In this document: positions 1-7,522 of the stretch, one piece after another
How positions within the stretch are numbered: the stretch's first letter is position 1
Layout: the number at the start of each line of letters is the position of its first letter
Assembly: GCA_051294375.1 (NCBI GenBank)
Contig: CM119270.1
Span: 16,187,026-16,200,862, forward strand
Direction: 5' to 3'
DNA: 13,837 nucleotides
Source of the DNA: Paraspadella gotoi
Lineage: Eukaryota > Animalia > Chaetognatha
The notes under the pieces: model-generated
Databases searched by the model: none
The model's input: only the letters and a program-made list of their open reading frames with translations
What the model was told of the DNA's origin: nothing
Position numbers and translations under genes: made by a program

Positions 1-249
1 TTGTCTTTACAAAGGTTAACGCCCCAAACAAACTAATTTTATTTAACCTACAACAACTCCGACCCCTTACTGAGGTATTCAACTTACCCAACCTTACCTC
101 TTCCGCCAAACGCTATTCATAGCCTCATTTGTCTTTCGCCTTTCGTCGCCTTTTTTGTTGTCGTCGTCGTCGTCGTTTCATATCGTCGACGTTTTTTCGA
201 TTTTGTTTTTCCGGAGAAAAAAAAACCGTAAGAAACTCTTTCCATTATG

Positions 250-293
250 CTGATTGGCCGGAACCGACGCTTTCAAACGCTCTCTGATTGGTC
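250..293. promoter_or_regulatory. Tandem CCAAT boxes (CTGATTGG twice, 34 bp apart), possible promoter
   Basis: CTGATTGGCC at 250-259 and CTGATTGGTC at 284-293, both matching the NF-Y consensus, in CpG-rich sequence. Confidence 0.35.
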
Positions 294-433
294 GAAATCC
301 CTTATATTCATGGGACGTTGTACTTTCTTGTTCTTCTATTTCAGTTTTCTGTTGACGTTCAATCACCTTAACGCCATCTTTCACGCTTTCTACTTCTAAC
401 TGGTTATTTGGCTTAAATTGTTTTTTTTTTCGT

Positions 434-810
434 TTTCTCTCTCTTTCTCTCTCTTTTCTCTCTCTTTTCCTCATCTTTTCTCTCTTTCTCTCTCTTTCTC
501 TCCGTCTTCTCTCTCGTTTCCTCTCTTTCCTCTCTTTCTCTCTCTTTCTCTCTCTTTTCTCTCTCTTTCTCTTCTTCTTTCTCTTCTTTCTCTCTCTCTC
601 TCTCTCTCTCTTCTTCTCTCTCTCTCTCTTCTCTCTCCTCAAAACAAACATCTAATCGTCGCCAAGTTTGAAATCGTTTATCTTGTTCCCCCCCCCCACC
701 CCCCATTCTCTTTATTCCCCTTCCCTTTCTCTCATCCCTTGACTCCTCCCAATCATAATACTCTGCTTCCTCCATCTCTTCCTCCTCTCCTCCTCCTCCT
801 CTTTCGCGTC
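434..810 (+). repeat. (CT)n microsatellite and polypyrimidine low-complexity tract
   Basis: Imperfect (CT)n at about 434-640, then C/T-rich and (CCT)n sequence to about 810. Confidence 0.95.
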
Positions 811-1683
811 TCCTAACAATTCACTCTTTTTTTCCTCTCAGATTCACAGAAAACGCGTCTCGTCGGAAAAATCTCCCCATCGGCTCAACATAGACTTTTC
901 CCGGTCGCCGGAGACGGAGAAAAAACCAATCGGGGGGAAAAAAAAATCTCCGTTTGTACTCGCTACGATTTAGCGAAGGGCATTGTCACTTTGCCGAAGA
1001 AAAAAAATTACCGTCCTCGTGAATCATAAAATAAACAATTTTTATCTTTTTTTAAAGAGTCTACGAACTAATATTAACGTCGTCTTCGTTATCGTCATCG
1101 TTATCGTCATCATCATCGTCGTGGTGACCGATTTTTATCAGATGATAATTCACGTTCGTTCACCTCATTCTCTTCTAGCAAACGAAATGGAATCGCCAAC
1201 GAAACATAGACGGATTAAATCGATGACATAATCGTAATCATTTTAAATAACAAAAACCAAAATTAACTAAATAAGATTACTGCAAACTCGAACAACAGCT
1301 GGAAAAATAACTTTTTTTTTGAAATCGCTCCTTTTTTATTTATACCAACATCGTCGTCAAAGCGCTCTCATTGTGTTTCTTATTGCTTTCACTGTCAAAG
1401 AGCAGTCACTGTCTTAGCTGACATTGTCATCTCCGTCATCATCTCAGTCGCGTCGCCGCCGTAATTTGCCGACCTCATTGTCGTTTCACCGTCACTGTAG
1501 TAATACCCGTCGTCATTGTCAAATTGCTCGAGTCGTCTTCGTTATCGCCGTCACTGCCCTCAACGCCGTCATCATGAACCCCGGAAGTTTCGTTCGAATC
1601 GTCGTCGTCGCCGTCGTCGTCGGTGAGTCAAGACTGAGACAAATACGAAATTCTCACTGTTGCATAATTATAATATTTAATAT

Positions 1684-1716
1684 AACTGATCATATAATAT
1701 AATTATATGATCAGTT
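1684..1716. repeat. Perfect 15-bp inverted repeat with a 3-nt loop
   Basis: AACTGATCATATAAT-ata-ATTATATGATCAGTT. Confidence 0.9.
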
Positions 1717-2069
1717 TCTCCTAATATGCTCTTTCTTTGATTACTTTTGAAATCGGATCTTTCCTTTCGTGGAAAGAGGGAAAGTGAATACTATTCACTG
1801 AATAGTGAATAGTCCTTGCCGATTTACATAGATCACTTAACACCATTTCACTGTTTATCTTCCGTCTAACTCAACGGCCACGCAGCCAACTATTTTTAAT
1901 ATAAAAAAAAGTAAAGATACGCCATGACTTTTTTTCAAAGAGTTTAATGTTAGAATGTTGCAAAAGAGCGGAAGCATGGTTATTGGTTAAAATGTTGAGC
2001 GGCTGTGTTACTATAAAGAGACTACGCCCAATCGATATTTAAAAAGTTTAGGAATCTAATTTTCTATAC

Positions 2070-2075
2070 TTTATT
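2070..2075 (-). terminator. Candidate polyadenylation signal AATAAA of gene A
   Basis: tttatt on the + strand, 50 nt downstream of the gene A stop codon. Confidence 0.45.
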
Positions 2076-2125
2076 CAATGAATATTATCAATATAATATA
2101 TCTAGTCATCTCGTCGATACGAAGT

Positions 2126-2406
2126 TTAGGTCAGTAAATCAGTTATAATGGAACCAGTTGTCTTGGTCGGCACGCATTCCGCCTGGAATGTCATTTGCTT
2201 CTCTCCCTGCCTTTTCGTGGTGGCGCTGGTTTGCCTGACTTTCATGTCTGTGCTGAAGAACTGTGCAGTCGGTGGCTGCGGATCGAGGGAAGTGAGCGGA
2301 AGGCAGGAAGTTCCGGGACCTTGGAGTCTCGTCTCGATCAAACCATTCTCGTCGATCCTCTCCGGTCCCTGTGGGCAACTGACTGTGCTTATGTCAATTT
2401 TCGGGT
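2126..2406 (-). CDS. Gene A terminal exon, Cys-containing C-terminal module
   Basis: tttcAG|AC CCG AAA ATT...ACC TAA; contains ORF 2126..2341; GTSC and KRQGEKQMTFQAECVP match gene B. Confidence 0.85.
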
Positions 2407-4548
2407 CTGAAAATTAAAAAAAAAGTAATTTTAACTATGTAAACTGTGTTGTTTTTTAAAAGAATTCTATACCTTTTATACAGGCAAAATTTTAAAAAAT
2501 GACAATGCCTAGTGGAGGAAAAGATAATCGAAATTTTTGACGAATTATAAATAAAAAAAATTAAAAAAATTAATTTTATACGAAGAGCCATTCTTTTTCT
2601 ATTTAAAACTATTTTAAACTCTTTAAAACATGTACTATGACAATAAAAATCGTTGTATTGGCAAACAATAAACAATTCCTAATATTTAAAACTTTAAAAA
2701 TATTTCGAATAAATGTATCTGAGCTCCCATAGTCTTTATTGAAAACAATTAAAATACTAACTTGACTCGAAGCAGCCGTCGTCGGGAAAAGTGATTCCGA
2801 ATCCGCTCTCCGGGCTGTCGTCACATTCCGCGACCATCCTCAAGGACCGCGAGATCAAAGCGCCCGAGACGCGCATATGCTGCGCCGCCATCGACGTTTG
2901 TTCCACACGAAACGCTGCGGCTGCCGAAGCGGCGCGCCTGAAGTCGGAGCCCCGGAAAATCTGGGCGACGACGAAGACGACGACGCCGTTGTCTCGAAGA
3001 ATCTTGCCAGATTCGTAGGTGGCGTTGAGGGAGGCGACGGTGTCCTTCTCGTCGACGGCGACGATGACGAAGGGCGTGGCCCCGGATGCAGTCGGGGTTT
3101 CGCCCAGCTCGTCGACGATCTCAGCCATGATTCCTTTGAGAGGTCTCGGCAGGGATGCGTCGCCGGTCGGCTGAAGATCGGCCGACATCAAGTTTCTATT
3201 GACTTTGAATTTGGCCTGATAGGCATTCGTGTCTCTGTGTAAATAAATAAATAAATAAATAATGTCTTTTCCCAAAACGTCCCATTTCTGTTCCTTTATC
3301 TATAAACTTAACTTTAATATTTAAATCTAATCTATTATCAAATTAATAACCTAATTTTATCCTGACCTGTAACTCTACTCCTTACCCTAATCCATAACCG
3401 ACTTATTAAACCTTGATAATTTAATCCTTAAACATAACCTTTAACGTAGTCTTTAAAAAAAAATTAGCTTAATTCAGAATTTAAATGGAGCCGAAATCAA
3501 TAGCCGATAGGTTGGTAATTTATTTTATTTGTTAGTTTGTTTCTTCACCTTTACATTTTTAAAATTTCATTGCGTCCCAATTATAAAACGCGAATTCAAT
3601 GCTTAAAAAATCCTTATCCTTACCCGATGACTTACCTTCCAAAGATGGAAAGGTCAAAATCGAGTTCTTCTTGTCTCACTTCGTTAATAACTTGAGCGAC
3701 GACGCCCATTGTACTTTGGGCGAAGCGCGAGTCGGCGTTGGCGGCGACGACGACGCCTCTGAAGGATCGAGGACTGCAGGTTGCGCCGACTGTGGTTGGA
3801 GTTTTTTTATTGAAGAAAAAAATAAATCAACGTACTTACCACTTTGACTTTTAATTGTGCAACTGCAAGTAAACATTTGCTCAAATATCGTTTCGAGAAT
3901 TTAGGAAAAAAATTTCTGAGATAGAAAATTGAATAAATTGAACTTTTTAATGGTTACGTTTACGTAGAAATTAATGCTTTCGGCCAAACAAAAACAAAAA
4001 GGTCGTAAGTGGCCTCACTACGTATTTTAGTTTATTTCGCCAAATCGGAGAGTAGACCTGTCATTTTTTTTTGGCTCGATTTGTCTTTGATTTTAATGGA
4101 ATTTAATCTGATTATAAATCGTGACGAACTTTTTCATATCAAAGCAAAGTTAGCGAGACAAACAAAACCAAACACTTCGAAGGGCTGGAAATTTAGAATT
4201 AAACGACAAAAAGTTTGGCACGCCCACTCACGTGACGAGAAGTGCAATCTTAGAAATTCTCTCCTACTCGCACTTCAAATAAAAAGACTCCAGAAAATGC
4301 TTCCGGGCACAAAATTTATCTAAAATATTTATACTACATTATACCTTATATTATGTAGTGATTTTAAAAAATTAAGTTCAATGAGATTTACATTGTACCG
4401 CTTCGGGCCCCCACTCTCGTAAAAAATGTAAATTGTTATTCATTTAGTTGCTTTGTTCCTAGGACACTTAAAGCTTACCTTCGGCCAAATTCCAACAGGT
4501 TACTGCAATCACAAATGAAACAAGCCGGAGATGGGTTGGAGTCATCAT
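2126..4548 (-). CDS. Gene A: spliced gene for a secreted VWA-like protein of about 325 aa. Exons 4548-4479, [candidate microexon 3862-3840], 3789-3636, 3234-2762, 2406-2126.
   Basis: All junctions are GT-AG. Exons 70+154+473+281 = 978 nt join in frame (phases 1,2,1) from ATG 4548 to TAA 2126-2128. Translation: MMTPTHLRLVSFVIAVTCWNLAE-VGATCSPRSFRGVVVAANADS...VINEVRQEELDFDLSIFGRD...TGDASLPRPLKGIMAEI...PFVIVAVDEKD...ILRDNGVVVFVVA...AEC...GCFES...GTSC...FQAECVPTKTTGSIITDLLT*. Exon-by-exon homology with gene B. The VWA call comes from my recognition of the strand/helix motif order. Confidence 0.85.
2762..3234 (-). CDS. Gene A exon, core and C-terminus of the VWA-like domain
   Basis: acacAG|A GAC ACG...GAG TCA A|GTTAGT; lies within ORF 2757..3275; aligns with gene B exons 6437-6789 plus 6016-6156. 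Confidence 0.9.
3241..3263 (+). repeat. (AAAT)n tract serving as the pyrimidine-rich acceptor tract of gene A exon 2762-3234
   Basis: aaataaataaataaataaataat directly adjacent to the acceptor. Confidence 0.8.
3636..3789 (-). CDS. Gene A exon, N-terminal part of the VWA-like domain
   Basis: ccacAG|TC GGC GCA ACC TGC...TTT GGA AG|GTAAGT; GATCSPRSFRGVVVAANADSRFAQSTMGVVAQVINEVRQEELDFDLSIFG. Not in the ORF track in this frame. Confidence 0.85.
3840..3862 (-). CDS. Gene A candidate 23-nt microexon
   Basis: acttgcAG|TTGCACAATTAAAAGTCAAAGTG|GTAAGT has a strong donor and a 50-nt downstream intron, and sits at the same position as the gene B microexon. 23 nt breaks the frame as assembled. Confidence 0.4.
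4479..4548 (-). CDS. Gene A first coding exon (signal peptide)
   Basis: ATG ATG ACT... encodes MMTPTHLRLVSFVIAVTCWNLAE+G, followed by donor GTAAGC. Hydrophobic core HLRLVSFVIAV aligns with NFRLIPLVVAL in gene B. Confidence 0.8.
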
Positions 4549-5229
4549 TTTATCCAAATTAGTTCAATAATTTTTTTTTTGTACAACCAATATAAATGCG
4601 ACTGGAAAAAAAAGTGAATATAGACATAGATTAGCAATTTCTATTATGTAAAATTAGTACGGGTTTTTAACATTTCGTGCGTGCAACGTCGCTCAAGCTG
4701 ACGTCGGTGACGCCAGCAAACGACGCCCTCCTGGTGACGACGGAGACGAAGAGTTGGCGCCGTCTGAAAGTCTGAGGCCTGCAATGTCTCTAGCCTTGGA
4801 AGAGAGCGTCTCTCTCTCTCTCTAGGTATTAATTCTGCACCCAATGTCAGCAAGTGTCAAGAATTTGTCAACCTAGAAGAATGACGTAGGTAATGACAAA
4901 AGACGTCTCCACAAAATGTTTAGCCACCGTGAAAAGTCGTTTTGAGGCGGGCTGAACTCTGAACTGCGGTAAGGGAAGAAAGGCAAAAAAAAAAAAAGTA
5001 CAAATAGAAGAAAACCGAGTAAAGAACTAAAGGCAGCTGAACGAAATGAGTACAAAACCAAATTCGCGAGCCCGGGCTCCTCAAACAAAGTACGTACACA
5101 TGAAAACTAAGTGTTGAACAATCTATTTATATCTTTTTAAAAAACACACTTATCATTATCAGCTCTGGATCAAATAGTGGAAAAAGAATGACGCAAGAAT
5201 ACGAATGCAATCCCGACTTTTTTTCTAGC

Positions 5230-5492
5230 TCATTCCATTGCGTCAAAAATAGAACCACCGTTTTTGGGCACACATTCTGCCCAAAAACTAGCTTCACTTT
5301 CTCCCTTTCTTCGCGCCTTCACCATGAGACGAAGGATTTCTTGCTTGGTGTGATCGAGCACCAACTCTCTGCCGCAGGATGTGCCACTAATTGCCAGGTT
5401 CATGTTATTTTCCACTTTGTAACTCGGATGGCACCCCATTGATCCCCTTGGTTCTCGTGGCAGGTGAGGGTCGTCGTAGGATATTGGAGGAT
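5230..5492 (-). CDS. Gene B terminal exon, Cys-containing C-terminal module
   Basis: ttttcttacgAG|AT CCT CCA ATA (DPPI versus NPKI in A); in frame with ORF 5230..5439; stop TGA at 5230-5232. Confidence 0.8.
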
Positions 5493-7522
5493 CTCGTAAG
5501 AAAATAAAAAGCTGAATAACTTATAGAGGAAAACAATGTTGATTTATACTAGGGTATTGAGAAACTATACCGTCTCCGGAAAAGGCCACGTCTTGTAGCA
5601 AAGATTTTATCATTTTTTTATAATTTAATATTTTATAATTAAATAATACTTTTTTTATTTTAATATTCTCTATTTAAATTGATAATTAATAATTATTTCT
5701 ATATCTAATAATTCAAAACCATCAAATTTAGTACTTTTTGCTTTATTAATAGAAATATTAAATATTATTATTATTATTGTTATTATTATTTTTTTTTAAT
5801 TATTGATTAATAATATTTTTATAATATTATTTTTTTTAATATTGTCATGATTATTATTGTTAACTTATAATTGTTAACTTATTTACATAATTTTTACTTA
5901 GTTAATTATTTAATTTTTAAAAACAAAAAGGGGAGGCCTTTTTTTGGAGTTATACTTAATGAGAGTAAAACGTAGAGTCTTCACAAGGCTACAATATAAC
6001 CTAAGCTATGCGAACCTGATGCGAAGCAATCATCGTGAGACGCGGGAGATGAAATTGTGAAATATTTTTCTTCGCCTGTGAAGCAATTGGTGGTTATGTT
6101 GAAGGAGAGCGACTTCAACATGCTGGCCACTCGAGGCAAATTTTTGAAATCTCCACCTAAATTTTAATTACAGCTGATATTTTTTATACTATATCCTAAT
6201 TACGACGAAATAAGTGAATACATATACGAAAATTAATTATTAGCTAATAATCATTGATAAACGATCATTACATATACATAAAACGGCTTTCAAACAAATT
6301 TCATTTTACCACAAACTTAAAGTTAATTAATTTTTTTTTCAAAAACTATATTATTCATTTTGATTTGACAACAATCAAAATATTAAATACTAAATATTAA
6401 ATAGATACCGTTAAAAACATTACGTTAAAAACCTACTCGATACGAGAAACGACGTCCGCAGGATATTCCGCGCCGCCGCGGCAGCGGCTGCTCGCTGCAT
6501 GGTCAGGTTTCCGAAGTTCGTGGAGACTGGAAAGACGGGGACGCCGAGGTCGCGAAGCCTAAGGCCGACGTCGAAGGTGTCGTTGAGGGATTCGAAGTCG
6601 TCCCTTTCGTCGACGACGATGATGACGAAGCGAACCACATTCGGCGGTTGAGTTTCTTCTTCGAAATCATCGGCGATCTTCTCCAATATGTCTTCAAGAG
6701 ATCGGGGTGTCGTTGCGTCTCCCGATGGTTGAAGATCAGAACCAATCAAAGTTTTCTTTAAGTTAACGAAGTTAACCGAAGCTCCGTCTCTGATAAAAAA
6801 AAAAAAAAATTTGAGGGAAAGGTTTAGCGACAATACAGGATGTTGCTTTGCAATTCAGAACTTGGCATCTGACAGTGGGCTTGCGACGGGCCCGTCACAA
6901 TAATAGGATTTTTTTTCCAGTAAGGGATAACGCGGTCCCTCCGGTTTGCAGGGATAAAGCGTTCTCCAATAATGAAAGCATGGTACCAATGTGGGGAACA
7001 CCCTGATCCAACGGGTCGTGTCAGTCGTGATACTTCACAACGACAAGGTTTCATTTGTAGTCAAGTTCACCTTCCATAAACTGTAAGATTGAATTCCAGT
7101 TCTTCTTGTCTCAAGTCGTTTATGACTCGAGCGACTGTGAACATCGACAAGTCAGCAGAGTGAGAGTCGNNNNNNNNNNNNNNNNNNNNNNNNNAGAGTC
7201 GGAATTGGACGCCACGACGACACCGTTGAAGGCGCGTATGAGGGCAGGAGGCTTCGACTAAGAGTTTTGGATGAAGGAAATATCTATCTCACTCACTTTC
7301 GAATTCTTGTTTAAAAACTAAAAACGGCAAGATACTTTTTTTAAAAAACCTATTATTTGATATTTACATCTTAGATAGTATATAAGTTAAAATGAAAAGT
7401 ACGATCAACTTTTGGACTGAAGTACATAGAAAAAACCAAAGAGTAAAATCATAATTACCTTTGTTAAACAACATCAACGCAACCACTAATGGGATGAGAC
7501 GGAAATTTGTTCGCGAAAACAT
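5230..7522 (-). CDS. Gene B: spliced paralog of gene A, secreted VWA-like protein of about 330 aa. Exons 7522-7459, 7317-7297, 7257-7071, 6789-6437, 6156-6016, 5492-5230. One apparent +1 frameshift near 7237 and an N-gap inside exon 3.
   Basis: GT-AG junctions with the same phases as gene A. Translation: MFSRTNFRLIPLVVALMLFNK-VFKQEFE-IEASCPH/RAFNGVVVASNSDS...VINDLRQEELEFNLTVYGRD...SGDATTPRSLEDILEKI...RFVIIVVDERD...RLRDLGVPVFPVS...TNC...DCFAS...GTSC...FWAECVPKNGGSIFDAME*. Confidence 0.8.
5568..5953. mobile_element. Degenerate MITE-like element in the last intron of gene B
   Basis: Imperfect inverted ends TACCGTCTCCGGAAAAGGCC (5568-5587) and GGCCTTTTTTTGGAGTTAT (5935-5953) around an extremely AT-rich interior; TA-flanked. 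Confidence 0.45.
6016..6156 (-). CDS. Gene B exon (141 nt, phase 1-1), absent from the ORF track
   Basis: atttAG|GT GGA GAT TTC...GCA TCA G|GTTCGC; GDFKNLPRVASMLKSLSFNITTNCFTGEEKYFTISSPASHDDCFAS. The end matches DDGCFES of gene A at the same intron position. Confidence 0.8.
6437..6789 (-). CDS. Gene B exon, core of the VWA-like domain
   Basis: Poly-T tract then atcAG|A GAC GGA...GTA TCG A|GTAGGT; within ORF 6420..6833; clear similarity to ORF 2757..3275 (DLQPSGDA/DLQPTGDA, FVIIVVDERD/FVIVAVDEKD, LRDLGV/LRDNGV, RAAAAAA/RAASAAA). Confidence 0.9.
6819..7051. mobile_element. GC-richer structured insertion in gene B intron 3, bounded by the 7-bp direct repeat AAGGTTT
   Basis: AAGGTTT at 6819-6825 and 7045-7051; composition differs from the other AT-rich introns; internal palindrome and hairpin. 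Confidence 0.35.
7071..7257 (-). CDS. Gene B exon, N-terminal part of the VWA-like domain (spans the N-gap 7170-7194)
   Basis: AFNGVVVASNSDS and HSADLSMFTVARVINDLRQEELEFNLTVYG align with gene A exon 3636-3789; ends GGA AG|GTGAAC. Confidence 0.8.
7297..7317 (-). CDS. Gene B candidate 21-nt symmetric (phase 1-1) microexon
   Basis: gtttttAG|TTTTTAAACAAGAATTCGAAA|GTGAGT, followed by a 39-nt intron ending ctcttAG. Confidence 0.5.
7459..7522 (-). CDS. Gene B first coding exon (signal peptide)
   Basis: MFSRTNFRLIPLVVALMLFNK+G followed by donor GTAATT (phase 1, as in gene A). A poly-T/CAG acceptor lies just upstream at 7538-7540. Confidence 0.8.

Noticed and set aside
178-816. Long ORFs rich in R/E/K or L/S (157, 120 and 132 aa)
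   Set aside because: They are translations of the (CT)n/(GA)n microsatellite and lack stops only because of low complexity.
1078-1625. GTC-rich ORFs 983..1231 and 1424..1702
   Set aside because: Degenerate (GTC/ATC)n low-complexity sequence, non-ATG starts and no coherent splice structure found.
2791-3242. Plus-strand ORFs 2791..3018 and 2877..3242 (also 2148..2417, 3599..3847, 5188..5442)
   Set aside because: Antisense shadows of the GC-rich minus-strand exons; splice signals and paralog conservation are on the minus strand.
3676-3876. ORF MFTCSC...SAQPAVLDPSE as a standalone protein
   Set aside because: It runs through an intron and reads exon 3636-3789 in the frame that is not conserved with gene B.
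5450-5492. Alternative frame PTTTLTC in the gene B terminal exon resembling DISTVSC in A (compensating frameshifts)
   Set aside because: The uninterrupted frame already aligns (DPPI/NPKI, PREP/PQGP) and the alternative frame stops soon after; chance is sufficient.
6972-7008. ATGA...AA...TGAT as a SECIS element
   Set aside because: The intervening arms do not pair, and it is intronic and antisense to gene B.
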